From positions 1,312,001 to 1,376,000 of the forward strand of contig OZ241329.1 of the NCBI GenBank assembly GCA_965199825.1: a stretch of DNA of 64,000 nucleotides, read 5' to 3'. A program made the position numbers and the translations under genes. Positions within the stretch are counted from its first letter, which is position 1. Each line of letters starts with the position of its first letter. Origin of the DNA: Bdellovibrionales bacterium (lineage in GTDB: Bacteria; Bdellovibrionota; Bdellovibrionia; Bdellovibrionales; UBA1609). Positions 19,382-30,079 of the stretch are shown piece after piece. The notes below the pieces were generated by a model. That model did no database searches and was not told the DNA's origin. It saw only the letters and a program-made list of their open reading frames with translations.

Positions 19382-22300
19382 TTAACGCTTTTGATTGAGC
19401 TTTTCGAGTTGATCCATGCGTGACATCATCGCCGCAGTTTGTTCTTCGAGTTGGACTACGCGTTCCTTGAGGGCTTTGTTTTCTGTATCTAACGAAGTGA
19501 TTCTTTCATAAATAGTTTTTATTGATTCAATCACAGGAGCGATAAGATGGTCATAAGCAATAGACTTGTAACTTGAACGTAAATCGGTCTTAACCGCTTG
19601 GGGATATATTTTTTCGACATCTTGTGCGATCAAACCGATCTGTTCTTCTGCTCCGAATGATTCTTGATTCCAGTGATAGCTTACACCTTGCAGCTGCAAG
19701 ATTTTTGCAAGTGAATCTTCAAGTGGCTCAACATGGTTTTTGAGTCTGAGGTCTGAAGGTGAGGTGCAGCCACTTGATGAACAAACCGAATTTCCACCAA
19801 AGCGTAACACATTGGCCGAGGCGATATTGACATCACCGCTAACATCCAGTGTGTAGGCGGGCGAAAGGGTTGCGATTCCAACATTTCCATTGCCCGCAGG
19901 TTTTATAATAATATTTTTAGAAGGGGATTGCTGATAGCCCGAAGTGATATACAGATCGTTAAAAGCCGAATAAGCAAAACTACTTATATTTGCATCGTAG
20001 CCAGCAACTAAATTCGCGTTAAATATGGACACACCGTATTGATTTACTCGAAATGCATCGCCGTATTGAGATGCTATAAATAGCGCGTCAGTTCCAGCGT
20101 CGGACACAATATTTAATTTTGCAGATGGAGTCAGCGTACCGATCCCGACATTCCCACCTTTTGGATTCAACAGTATTGGATAGGTGGCCCCAAAATTTCC
20201 GCGGTCGTGGGCTTGAAACCAAATTCCGTTGGGGTAAGCGGCATACGCACCAATGTCTAAAAGATTTCCGTATCCATTACTGCTTTCTATTCGGAGCATT
20301 CCTGCAGGACTAATCTCACTGCCATTCGAATCTAAAGTGCTGCCTGCAATATCGAGAGGAAGTTTTGGGTTGATTTTACCGATGCCGACGTTGCCCGCCG
20401 GTGCCGCGAGCGTTCCGTTCATTCCGGTTGCGAAAATCACGTTGCCGATATTTAAATAATTGCTTGTTGCTGCAAGTGGAGTATCGACCGAGTTTCCAAT
20501 CAAAATATTTGATGATCCCGATTGAAGAGTTGCTGAGCCAACTCCGTTTCCAACTAAAATATTGTCACTTCCGCTAACGTTCGTGCTTCCGGATGATGCG
20601 CCAAGAGCAGTATTTCGTGATCCTGTTGTATTGATGAGAGAGTTCCATCCAACAGCAGTGTTATAATTGGTGGTTGTCACATTTTGAAGTGCGGAGGCAC
20701 CGAGTGCGGTATTTTGCGAACCTGTGGTCACTCTGTATGCTGTGTTTAACCCTAAGGCTGTGGTGTTATTTGCTGTACTCAATACCGTGCACGAACCATT
20801 ACCCACACACGCATTATTTCCACCAGAATTGACATTGGTGAGTGATTTAAATCCAATCGCTAAATTATTTGATCCGGTCAGTGGACTGCCCGAACCCATG
20901 GCGTAAGTGCCGATGGCAATGTTATACGAGCCTGTTCCGCAGGTGCCAGTAGTCTGGTTTTTAAGTGCGTTGTTTCCGATTGCGATACTCGAACCTGCTG
21001 GCGTGCAGCTGTCTGGAGGTAAACTAAAAGCATTTAATCCATTGACTGAGATCGTGCCATTGACGTCAAGTGAGCTTGCGGGTGATGTTGTGCCGATTCC
21101 GACATTACCATTTGATAAAACTCGAATTCGCTCGGTGGCATTCGACGAGATCGCTGCGCCATTTGCATCGTAATAAAATCCATTGCCGTAATTTCCAAAA
21201 TTCACCGCATTGGGTGCGCCGTAGCCCGAGGTGAATCTCCAGGCTGTGATTCCGCCATTAATTTGAAAATCATCTACTGGACTTGTTGTTCCGACCCCAA
21301 CTTTCCCGGATTGAGTTATTGTCACTATTTTTGTTCCGTCATTCAGTTGAAAACTGAGCGCATCGTTATTGATCGTATCGTCGGCGATAAGAAAATATTT
21401 GCTTGCACCGGTTCTTTTCAAACCGATGCTTGGCCCCACAAGCGATGTTGGAGCGCCAGAATATTCAAGTAGGACAGTAGAGTTGCCAGCATATGCAGAG
21501 AGTGTGTGGAGTGACGATCCGTCGGTCATTGAGTTGGTACCGATACCTAGGCCTGCCATTCGCCCAATTCCGTAGACGTCTAACAAAGCGGAGGGCGAGG
21601 TTGTCCCAATTCCCACGCTTCCATTTTCCACTACACGCAATACTGAAGTGCCTCCAGAGGATAGATCAATCTGGCCGACTAAAGGTGTGGAGCCATTTAA
21701 AAATTTTAAAGCTGCGGTTTGAGTCGAGCCCACGTACTGCAACATTCCTCCTGTTACAGTATACGGAGTTCCGATCCCACTCCCACTTTCATAGTAGTGT
21801 ACTGATCCTCCATCTGAGCTATTGTTGACAAAAGAAGCCAACCCACTCCGTCCACCATACCCATCAGTAGATAAAAATTGTTTAGCGCTGGTTGTTCCCA
21901 TCACTTGAAGAGTGGAAACAGGGGTGGTTGTCCCTATCCCTACATTTCCATTGGACAACAACGTCATGACATTGTAATCACCAGTGGCTGAAATGTTGGC
22001 CGTTGATTTTAAGTTAATATCTAACTCAGTTGTTGGCCCATATCCGTTGGTATAACTACCGAGTTTAAATGTCGCAACATTGGGCCATGCGACCCCGGAA
22101 TTTAGCGGACGAATCAATTGGAGAATATTACTTGTGCTCGCTAGATTCGAGGCTGTTGAACCTTGAATTTCCAAATTAGCTTGCGGTGTCGTCGTCCCAA
22201 TCCCCACATTCCCATTCCCCAAAACAGTCATCTTAGTCGAAGGGGAGTTACTCAAAGTCCCCGATGAAGCAGGCGAGGATGTTTGAAATTGAATCGCCGA

Positions 22301-23152
22301 TGAACCTGCGCCCGTCGAAATTCCAGATGAGAGATTCAGTGTTCCACCATTTTGATCGGTACTTGATGTGGTCGCACCACCCGCAGACACAGTTAAATTA
22401 TTTCCCTGCGATGAAGTCGCGCGCTCCATCGCAATCGTTCGCGCAACATTGCCACCAAAACTAAGATCTGAACTGGGATTCGTCGTGCCCACACCAATTC
22501 TGCCTGAGCCCAAATTTAGATTTCCACCCGCAAGGCCTGCAAACGAAGTCGATGTTCCATTGATCAACGCGAGCAACTCCGCATAAGGCGTGCTCGCAAA
22601 GATCGCATCCACTTTAGATTGAGTGGTGTCGCTGCTGGTTTGCAAAAATCCTGATGAAGCTGCACTCGACAGTCTTTCGGCCTCGATGGCATAAGGCACC
22701 GACTGAATCACATAAGGTTGAGCAAAGGCCACGGTGTCTGGTCCATCAACAAATGAGACATAAATGTTCCGTGAGTCGGTGGCTAAAGGTGTGTACGCAG
22801 TTGCGGTTGGTGCCCCCACACAGTTCAAGCTCGACAATGTTCCGGTGTTGGCAAAAACATTTGAGATCGAAAGACCAAGATCATTTGATGTTCTCGTGCC
22901 CGTGCCTAAAGTGACCAAAAATATGCCGTTCGAGGCGGTCATATTAAGAGAATAGCTTTCTTCAAACAAGGTGCATTCAGGGCGCGTGCCACTCACAGGC
23001 ATGCTGGTGATTTTGATTGTGACATCCACGTTTGAGTCTTCGACAATCACACCGTCTTTTAAAAGTTGGCCTTGGAAGGTGAGGCCTTGGGGGCCAGCAA
23101 AAACGGATCGACAAAAAAGAGCGAAAACAAAAAACCATAAATTCAATTTCAC
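19382..23152 (-). CDS. Fibre adhesin 3 (1256 aa) with S74 chaperone and beta-helix-like NTAxG repeats
   Basis: GTG start, shared N-domain, NTALG/NTAVG repeats (about 20450-20990), SDLRLKNHV...GLIAQDVE. Confidence 0.92.
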   Translation of the reverse strand: MKLNLWFFVFALFCRSVFAGPQGLTFQGQLLKDGVIVEDSNVDVTIKITSMPVSGTRPECTLFEESYSLNMTASNGIFLVTLGTGTRTSNDLGLSISNVFANTGTLSSLNCVGAPTATAYTPLATDSRNIYVSFVDGPDTVAFAQPYVIQSVPYAIEAERLSSAASSGFLQTSSDTTQSKVDAIFASTPYAELLALINGTSTSFAGLAGGNLNLGSGRIGVGTTNPSSDLSFGGNVARTIAMERATSSQGNNLTVSAGGATTSSTDQNGGTLNLSSGISTGAGSSAIQFQTSSPASSGTLSNSPSTKMTVLGNGNVGIGTTTPQANLEIQGSTASNLASTSNILQLIRPLNSGVAWPNVATFKLGSYTNGYGPTTELDINLKSTANISATGDYNVMTLLSNGNVGIGTTTPVSTLQVMGTTSAKQFLSTDGYGGRSGLASFVNNSSDGGSVHYYESGSGIGTPYTVTGGMLQYVGSTQTAALKFLNGSTPLVGQIDLSSGGTSVLRVVENGSVGIGTTSPSALLDVYGIGRMAGLGIGTNSMTDGSSLHTLSAYAGNSTVLLEYSGAPTSLVGPSIGLKRTGASKYFLIADDTINNDALSFQLNDGTKIVTITQSGKVGVGTTSPVDDFQINGGITAWRFTSGYGAPNAVNFGNYGNGFYYDANGAAISSNATERIRVLSNGNVGIGTTSPASSLDVNGTISVNGLNAFSLPPDSCTPAGSSIAIGNNALKNQTTGTCGTGSYNIAIGTYAMGSGSPLTGSNNLAIGFKSLTNVNSGGNNACVGNGSCTVLSTANNTTALGLNTAYRVTTGSQNTALGASALQNVTTTNYNTAVGWNSLINTTGSRNTALGASSGSTNVSGSDNILVGNGVGSATLQSGSSNILIGNSVDTPLAATSNYLNIGNVIFATGMNGTLAAPAGNVGIGKINPKLPLDIAGSTLDSNGSEISPAGMLRIESSNGYGNLLDIGAYAAYPNGIWFQAHDRGNFGATYPILLNPKGGNVGIGTLTPSAKLNIVSDAGTDALFIASQYGDAFRVNQYGVSIFNANLVAGYDANISSFAYSAFNDLYITSGYQQSPSKNIIIKPAGNGNVGIATLSPAYTLDVSGDVNIASANVLRFGGNSVCSSSGCTSPSDLRLKNHVEPLEDSLAKILQLQGVSYHWNQESFGAEEQIGLIAQDVEKIYPQAVKTDLRSSYKSIAYDHLIAPVIESIKTIYERITSLDTENKALKERVVQLEEQTAAMMSRMDQLEKLNQKR

Positions 23153-23173
23153 GAAACTTCCTTTAATAAAACT

Positions 23174-26100
23174 TTACTGCATTAACATTTCGAGCCGAGC
23201 CATACGCTTGAGCATTTGTGCATTTTCTTTTTCAAGACGATCCATTCGAATCGTCATCTGGGCTTTTTCTGATTCAAGTTGTTCGGATTTTAATTTCAAC
23301 GCTGCAAGCTCCGAATCGGTTGAGATCAATTTTGAGTAAATAGATTTAATTGACTCAATAATTGGCGCAACCAAATGATCATAGGCCACCGATTTGATGC
23401 CGGATTGAGAATCTGTTGAGATCGCTTCGGGATAAATTTTTTCGACTTCTTGAGCGATCAAGCCAATTTGTTTATTTTTGTTAAATCGCTCTTTGTCTTG
23501 CCAGTCATAACTGACGCCACGAAGATCTAAAATATTTTCTAAAGCATTCTCAAGAGGCTGAATATTTTCTTTGAGTCGCAAGTCAGAAGGTGAAGTGCAT
23601 CCGGTCGAAGAGCAAACTTGGTTGCCGCCAAAGCGAAGTAGATTTGCCGAAGCAATATTCAAATCTCCACCCACATCGAGTTTGTAGCCAGGTGTTAAAA
23701 CTCCAACACCCACATTTCCATTTGAGAGGATGTCCATGTAGTGGCTGTAGGCAGCACTGTTGTAGTTTTGAAATGTGATGCGCCCATTGTTGCCAGCAAT
23801 AAAATCCAACTGCCCAACTCTTCCAGAGTAATTCGGACCATAAAGCGTCATTGCTGCGCCGTCGTTTGATCCTGTGTTGGCAGCAAAATCGATTCTTCCT
23901 GAGCTGTCGTCTGTTCCGGTTCGGGCGGCATAAATAGATGGCGAATTTCCAGAAAGTTTTATTTTTCCTGCAACTTCGAGCATTTCGGATGGGCTGATCG
24001 TGCCGATTCCAAATCCCGAACCGGTTAGACGCATTCGTGGTGTGCCGCCGAGATACCAGTTCATCGTGTTCATCCCAATAAATCCAAAACTCAACTCGTT
24101 GTACGATTCAACGGTTACAAGATTCTGATTATTTCCGGCGGTGTCTTTTCCGTAGAGCGCATTTCCATTTGCGATCACCATACTCCCATTCACATCGAGT
24201 GTGGCTGAAGGTGATGTTGTGTTGATTCCAACTTTGCCAGGTGCTGCGCTGTAAAGTCCTACGCCCGGTTGTAAAATAATATTTCCGCCTGAGTATCCTG
24301 AATTAACACCGGTACCTGCTGTGACATTGACGTTTCCGCCAGAGGCTCCGGGTGAAGTTCCGCCATTGCCTGCAGTGAGGTTGAGTGCGCCACCGGTAGC
24401 GTAGAGAGAATTACCACTAATTATGTTTATAGGGCCTCCTGCGCCATTACCGCCCGCATACCCTCCGTTGAGATTAAGCGCTCCGCCTACAATATTGCCT
24501 TTTGAAGTTCCACTTGAAAGTGTCAGCGCTCCAGCCGCACCATTTCCGCTGCTTGTATTCGATCCCGATTGTAAAGTGACTGCTCCTGCAGTTGTAGACG
24601 TGGCGCTATTTCCTGCAACAAGGTTGATCGCCGCGGAATTTGAGCCGCCCTCCACATCTAAAATTCCAGCAGGACTTGTCGTCCCGATCCCAACATTGCC
24701 CGCAGAGTCGATGGCCAAACGCGATGTTGAATTAGTAATCAAAGACAGTTTAGCTGAGGCCGCGTCTGCACCCATCCCGATTCCGCTGTAATCGCGAAAT
24801 CCAAACGCGGGCACGGTCATTGTTGAAGTCGAAAGCGCAATGTAAGCCCCCGCAGTGGTAGCTCTCATGGCCTGCTTCAATTCAATTTCACCGCCATAAG
24901 AAAATAAAACGGGCGAGCCGCAGTTTGAAATTCCGATGCTGCAATTGGCATTGCTGTAAAGACCACCCACATTCGGAATTGAAAATGCAGGAGAAGTGAC
25001 GCTACTTGCTCCTGATGAAGCAAACGAACTCGATGTGAGCGATCCACCAACATTTGCATTGTTGGTGACCGATAAGCCAGTACCCGCGGCACTTGCGGTC
25101 ACTGCACCAGAAAATGTTTCTGCCCCAGAAATAGTTTGTCCACCTGAGGTGCTTAAGAGTGATCCGTATGCGCTTCCATTTTGAGAAATCATCAGCTGAT
25201 TCGCCGTTGAATCGAAATACATTCGTGCTTGTGCCACAGGCGAAAGTGGGGGAGCCGAACTTGCTCGCAAAGAAAATGCACCATTCAGATCGAGAGGTGT
25301 GGCGGGAGATGTTGTGTTGATTCCAACATTTCCGCTCGAGCTCACTTGCAAACCAGTATAGTTTATATAGTAATTTAAATTTGGTTTTGTTTGCGAGATC
25401 GATACAATCATCGAACTGCTACTGGAGACAGAAAGTATTGTTCCCCCCGCAACACCGTCTGCAAAAACGAATTGCGAACCAATAAGGTCTGAGGTCCACA
25501 TCGTTCCTGAACCGGTGATTGTGGTTCCTGACTGCGTTGCCAATCCGGTTTGATATTGAGCGGGCGATGCAGAAAATGGATTCATCGGAAACAGAGTATT
25601 CACCCCAACATAACTCGAGTTCTTCACAATCAATCCCGTTGTGAAGTTCAGGCCTACTCCTGCAGCTGGCACTGCTGGAGCTGTCCGTAATAAAATATCA
25701 CCGTGATCAAATCCGATTTGTTGAGCCGGATTGTAGGCTGTTTGACTTGCCCAAAATCCAATGTTGGTTGTTCCTGCTGACAAATAGTAATTTCCGAAAA
25801 AGGGTTGAAAGTTGAAACTGCTGCCACCAGGGGTGCTATTCATACTGATCGATCCGTAATCACCAACCGAGAAATTTATTTTCTGTCCCCGAACGTCGAG
25901 CTGACTTCCAGGACTTGTCGTCCCGATCCCAACATTGCCCGCACCATCAAATCGCGCGACCTCTTTCGTTGTTCCGCTTTGAGCGGTAGAAATCGCTAAG
26001 TAGCCGCCCTCACTTCCTTGAGTCGTAGTTTGAATTCCAGATGTAATATTTGAAAAATCAAATTTGTTTCCGCTACCATTTAACGCTTCGAACAACATTC

Positions 26101-27133
26101 TTGGTGAAGCCACATTTGAGATTCTAAAAACATCGGTACTATCACTTGCGACGTAGAGCTTTGAAAATGCATAAGGACTGGCTTCACCAATCCCGACATT
26201 GCCGGATGGAGAAATGGTGAGAGCCGCATAATTCGGCGAGCGATCGGTTGTTCCGTTGCCTTGAAAACTTTTAACAATATTTAAAGCGATGCCCGAGCCG
26301 CCATTGCCGGTTGCCATTCCCGCATTTAAATTGAGTGTTCCACCATTTTGATTGGTGCTCGATGAAGTCGCACCACCCGCAGCCACAGTTAAATTATTTC
26401 CTTGCGACGAAGTCGCGCGTTCCATCGCAATCGTGCGCGCGACATTGCCACCAAAACTGAGATCTGAACTGGGATTCGTCGTGCCCACACCAATTCTGCC
26501 TGAGCCCAAATTTAAATTACCGCCTGCAAGTCCTGCAAACGAAGTGGAGGTGCCGTTGATCAATGCGAGCAATTCCGCATAAGGCGTGCTCGCAAAAATC
26601 GCATCCACTTTAGATTGGGTGGTGTCGCTGCTGGTTTGTAAAAAACCCGACGACGCCGCAGTCGAAAGTCTTTCGGCTTCAAAGGCATAAGGGACGGATT
26701 CAATCACATAAGGAGCAGAAAATGCCACGGTGTCAGGTCCATCAACAAAGCTCACATAAATATTTCGTGAATCAGTGGGCTGCGGAGTGTAGGCGGTAGC
26801 AGATGGTGCTCCTATACAATTCAAACTCGAAAGTGTTCCCGCATTTTGAAAAACATTGGAGACCGAAAGACCAAGATCATTGGACGTTCTTACACCTGTA
26901 CCTAAAGTCACCGCAAAGATGCCGTTCGAATTTGTCATGTTGAGTGGAAAGGTTTCTTCGAATAAAACACATTCAGGCCTCGTGTTTATCATGGGCATGC
27001 TTGTCACTCGAATGGTGAGGTCTACAGTGGGCGACTCAACAACCACGCTGTCTTTTAAAAGCTGTCCTTGAAAGGTGATGCCTTGAGGGGCAGCATAAAT
27101 AAAATGTGTTAAAATTAAATTTAATAAAATCAT
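23174..27133 (-). CDS. Fibre adhesin 4 (1319 aa) with S74 chaperone
   Basis: Shared N-domain, GNVGIGT linkers, SDLRLKENI...GLIAQEVE. Confidence 0.92.
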   Translation of the reverse strand: MILLNLILTHFIYAAPQGITFQGQLLKDSVVVESPTVDLTIRVTSMPMINTRPECVLFEETFPLNMTNSNGIFAVTLGTGVRTSNDLGLSVSNVFQNAGTLSSLNCIGAPSATAYTPQPTDSRNIYVSFVDGPDTVAFSAPYVIESVPYAFEAERLSTAASSGFLQTSSDTTQSKVDAIFASTPYAELLALINGTSTSFAGLAGGNLNLGSGRIGVGTTNPSSDLSFGGNVARTIAMERATSSQGNNLTVAAGGATSSSTNQNGGTLNLNAGMATGNGGSGIALNIVKSFQGNGTTDRSPNYAALTISPSGNVGIGEASPYAFSKLYVASDSTDVFRISNVASPRMLFEALNGSGNKFDFSNITSGIQTTTQGSEGGYLAISTAQSGTTKEVARFDGAGNVGIGTTSPGSQLDVRGQKINFSVGDYGSISMNSTPGGSSFNFQPFFGNYYLSAGTTNIGFWASQTAYNPAQQIGFDHGDILLRTAPAVPAAGVGLNFTTGLIVKNSSYVGVNTLFPMNPFSASPAQYQTGLATQSGTTITGSGTMWTSDLIGSQFVFADGVAGGTILSVSSSSSMIVSISQTKPNLNYYINYTGLQVSSSGNVGINTTSPATPLDLNGAFSLRASSAPPLSPVAQARMYFDSTANQLMISQNGSAYGSLLSTSGGQTISGAETFSGAVTASAAGTGLSVTNNANVGGSLTSSSFASSGASSVTSPAFSIPNVGGLYSNANCSIGISNCGSPVLFSYGGEIELKQAMRATTAGAYIALSTSTMTVPAFGFRDYSGIGMGADAASAKLSLITNSTSRLAIDSAGNVGIGTTSPAGILDVEGGSNSAAINLVAGNSATSTTAGAVTLQSGSNTSSGNGAAGALTLSSGTSKGNIVGGALNLNGGYAGGNGAGGPINIISGNSLYATGGALNLTAGNGGTSPGASGGNVNVTAGTGVNSGYSGGNIILQPGVGLYSAAPGKVGINTTSPSATLDVNGSMVIANGNALYGKDTAGNNQNLVTVESYNELSFGFIGMNTMNWYLGGTPRMRLTGSGFGIGTISPSEMLEVAGKIKLSGNSPSIYAARTGTDDSSGRIDFAANTGSNDGAAMTLYGPNYSGRVGQLDFIAGNNGRITFQNYNSAAYSHYMDILSNGNVGVGVLTPGYKLDVGGDLNIASANLLRFGGNQVCSSTGCTSPSDLRLKENIQPLENALENILDLRGVSYDWQDKERFNKNKQIGLIAQEVEKIYPEAISTDSQSGIKSVAYDHLVAPIIESIKSIYSKLISTDSELAALKLKSEQLESEKAQMTIRMDRLEKENAQMLKRMARLEMLMQ
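26341..26640. repeat. 300-bp near-identical block shared by fibres 4 and 5 (other copy at 28641-28940)
   Basis: Manual comparison: 5 mismatches in 300 bp at an offset of 2300. Confidence 0.9.
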
Positions 27134-27162
27134 TTGGGTCCCTTTTCAATAGATAGCAATCT

Positions 27163-29433
27163 TCAATGAGGAGAAATTAATTTTTCAAGGCGTTCGAAGC
27201 GTGCCGAAGATTGAGCCGCCTCAAACTCAAGCTGACTCACTTTTTCCTTAAGCACTGCATTTTCGTTTCTTAAAGCTGTGATTTGTTCATAAATTGATTT
27301 TATTGATTCAATGACAGGAGCCACAAGATGATCGTAAGCAATCGATTTAAAGCCCGATTCAGAATCAGTTTTTACAGTTTCTGGATAAATAGCTTCGACT
27401 TCTTGTGCAATCAAACCGACTTGATTTTGTTTTCCAAACTGACTTTGATTTTTCCAATGATAATTCACACCTTGAAGCTTTAAAATATTCTCAAGAGAGT
27501 TTTGCAGCGGCTCAATATCTTCTTTTAACCGCGCATCTGATGGCGAGGTACATCCAGTTGAGGAACACACTTGGGTTCCACCAAAACGCAAGGCATTTGC
27601 TGAAGCGATATTTATGTCGCCATTGACGTCGAGCTTGTAATTGGGCGGATTCGTCCCGATCCCGACGTTGCCGCCGCCCGAGGGCAGCAATAAAATACTA
27701 CTCATAGAATTGGAGCCCCAACCCGATGTTAAATAAAGTGAGTTTACAGATCCGTATCCACCGGGACCGCCGAGATTTGGATCGTTTCCGACAATTTGTC
27801 CGTTTGAACTTGAAAGTCCGCCGTAGCGATCAAAAGTAAAATTCGAGTAGGGTGTGGCGATGCGAACAAGATCAACGCCCGTTGCACCTTGCACAACCAG
27901 CGGCATTGCGGCAGAAGTTGTTCCAATCCCCACATTGCCGCTAAAAGTTGCGTTTCCCACACCATCATCAATCAAATTTCGAAATACGGGATTTCCAAAT
28001 GCACCACTCATACTGCCAACAGCGCCGTTCGGGTTCATTCCAAAAAATGTTTGGTTGCCATTGGCGGGGATAGCACCTTGTAACGCGCCCGAAATGTTGT
28101 ACATCCCGAGTTGAGCTTTTCCGTAGCTCTGGCCAAAATAGGATCCTAAGGTTCCACTAAAATCTCCGGCGTTGCGTATTCTTAAACTTGGATCTGTTAT
28201 CACTGCTTCGACTACACCAGAGGGAGAATTTGTGCCCAAGCCGACATTTCCAGTGCCTCGATCGATGAACAAAGCGGAGATGCCCGCGTAAGAACTCTCA
28301 TGGCGGAGTATGTTTAATCCGCGGGGAATTATGTCTTCGTTGTTGATTGTGAATCCGTAATAATCATCATAAAAACGCAACTTGATTCCATTGGTGTGAA
28401 TGCTTCCTCCGGCACCGTTGATTCTTAGATAAGCATTCGCGGGTGTGTTGATGAGAGCTGAAAGTTCGAGCAACTCTGTTGGTGCTGAATTTCCGATCCC
28501 TACATTGCCATTTCCAAGCAAGGTCATCCTTGTCGAAGGCGTATTACTCGCAGTCCCTGAACTTGCAGACGAAGAAGTCTGAAACTGAATCGCCGATGCA
28601 CCAGCGCCCGTAGAAATCCCAGATGAAAGATTCAGTGTTCCACCATTTTGATTGGTGCTCGATGATGTCGCACCACCCGCAGCCACAGTTAAATTATTTC
28701 CTTGCGACGAAGTCGCGCGTTCCATCGCAATCGTGCGTGCGACATTGCCACCAAAACTGAGATCTGAACTGGGATTCGTCGTGCCCACACCAATTCTGCC
28801 TGAGCCCAAATTTAAATTACCGCCTGCAAGTCCTGCAAACGAAGTGGAGGTGCCGTTGATCAATGCGAGCAATTCCGCGTAAGGCGTGCTCGCAAAAATC
28901 GCATCCACTTTAGATTGGGTGGTGTCGTTGCTGGTTTGCAAAAATCCCGATGACGTCGCAGTCGAAAGTCTTTCGGCCTCAATTGCATAAGGGACCGACT
29001 GAATCACATAAGGTTGAGCAAAGGCGACGGTGTCGGGTCCATCAACAAACGAGACATAAATATTTCGTGAGTCGGTGGGGAGTGGAGTGTAGGCCGTTGC
29101 GGTTGGTGCACCCACACAATTCAAACTCGAAAGTGTTCCGGAGTTTGCAAAAACATTTGAGATCGCAAGTCCAAGATCATTTGCGGTTCTGGTGCCCGTA
29201 CCTAAAGTGACTAAAAATATTCCGTTGGATGCGGTCATATTTAAAGAATAACTTTCCTCAAACACCGTACATTCTGGCCGTGTACCCGCAACCGGCATGC
29301 TGGTGATTTTAAAAGTGACATCGACATTTGAGTTTTCGACCACGACACCGTCTTTTAAAAGTTGACCTTGAAAAGTCACACCTTGAGGTCCGGCATAAAC
29401 AAATTGGCTGAAACAAAAAATAAAGAAGAACAT
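27163..29433 (-). CDS. Fibre adhesin 5 (756 aa) with S74 chaperone
   Basis: Shared N-domain, SDARLKEDI...GLIAQEVE. Confidence 0.92.
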   Translation of the reverse strand: MFFFIFCFSQFVYAGPQGVTFQGQLLKDGVVVENSNVDVTFKITSMPVAGTRPECTVFEESYSLNMTASNGIFLVTLGTGTRTANDLGLAISNVFANSGTLSSLNCVGAPTATAYTPLPTDSRNIYVSFVDGPDTVAFAQPYVIQSVPYAIEAERLSTATSSGFLQTSNDTTQSKVDAIFASTPYAELLALINGTSTSFAGLAGGNLNLGSGRIGVGTTNPSSDLSFGGNVARTIAMERATSSQGNNLTVAAGGATSSSTNQNGGTLNLSSGISTGAGASAIQFQTSSSASSGTASNTPSTRMTLLGNGNVGIGNSAPTELLELSALINTPANAYLRINGAGGSIHTNGIKLRFYDDYYGFTINNEDIIPRGLNILRHESSYAGISALFIDRGTGNVGLGTNSPSGVVEAVITDPSLRIRNAGDFSGTLGSYFGQSYGKAQLGMYNISGALQGAIPANGNQTFFGMNPNGAVGSMSGAFGNPVFRNLIDDGVGNATFSGNVGIGTTSAAMPLVVQGATGVDLVRIATPYSNFTFDRYGGLSSSNGQIVGNDPNLGGPGGYGSVNSLYLTSGWGSNSMSSILLLPSGGGNVGIGTNPPNYKLDVNGDINIASANALRFGGTQVCSSTGCTSPSDARLKEDIEPLQNSLENILKLQGVNYHWKNQSQFGKQNQVGLIAQEVEAIYPETVKTDSESGFKSIAYDHLVAPVIESIKSIYEQITALRNENAVLKEKVSQLEFEAAQSSARFERLEKLISPH

Positions 29434-29442
29434 TTATTTTCC

Positions 29443-29988
29443 TTACCTTTGGAAGGTTTGGGTTTGGACGCCGCCTTTGAGCGTGTAGCGGCCACTTGTT
29501 TTTACAGCTCCTGGCTCTTGGTTTCCAAAATTGCCTAGCAGCTCGTAGCGACTATCGGTGGATGTGATTTTTTTTGCGCCAGCGATGGCTCCAAAGACCG
29601 ATCGGCCCATGGGTGTTGTGAACACAACGTCGGATTTTAATACGATTGCCACATTGTTAACCAAAATTGTTTTCACCCCCACTTGAGTGCTTCGCAAAAT
29701 GCAGGTGGATACTCCATTGCTATTCGAAGTTGTGCAGGGCAGAGCGGTGACGCCACCGCCTGACACAACAGTGTAGGTGGGTCTAAATCCAACAACCGGA
29801 GTGCTGTCAGAATTTGTTAATTGGATGACGATCAATAAATCGGATTGCCCATCAGCTGCAGCAGGACCGTTGGAAATGATTTCTGATTTTTTAAAATCTT
29901 GGATCGATGCGTGTTTGAAAGTTCCAGTGATGGTGCCTTTTGAGCAGTTGACCAAAAACAAAAAAGTGAGAAAAATAAAAAAACGCAT
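29443..29988 (-). CDS. Predicted lipoprotein with an invasin/Big_1-like Ig domain
   Basis: Signal ending LVNC; AAADGQS..I.IQLTNSD.TPV.G and TSNSNGVSTC.L.ST..G resemble Big_1. Confidence 0.7.
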   Translation of the reverse strand: MRFFIFLTFLFLVNCSKGTITGTFKHASIQDFKKSEIISNGPAAADGQSDLLIVIQLTNSDSTPVVGFRPTYTVVSGGGVTALPCTTSNSNGVSTCILRSTQVGVKTILVNNVAIVLKSDVVFTTPMGRSVFGAIAGAKKITSTDSRYELLGNFGNQEPGAVKTSGRYTLKGGVQTQTFQR

Positions 29989-30079
29989 AAGCTTGTCCCC
30001 CGACGCATGCCAGGCTACCGAGCTATTTCATAGAATGTGAAACGGTTTTTTATTTTGCAACCCACTCCGTCGCAAAAAA

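Noticed and set aside
10534..29210. Many short plus-strand ORFs, some repeated (e.g. VAPPA.TVKLFP)
   Set aside because: Antisense shadows of the Gly/Ser/Thr-rich fibre genes
10100..29433. Prophage tail region (S74 tail-fibre chaperones)
   Set aside because: No capsid, terminase, portal, baseplate or integrase genes; every fibre has a Sec-type signal, so these look like cellular adhesins
10100..29433. Diversity-generating retroelement or invertase shufflon acting on the fibres
   Set aside because: No reverse transcriptase or recombinase in the window; repeats are direct, lie in 5' regions, and mismatches are not adenine-specific
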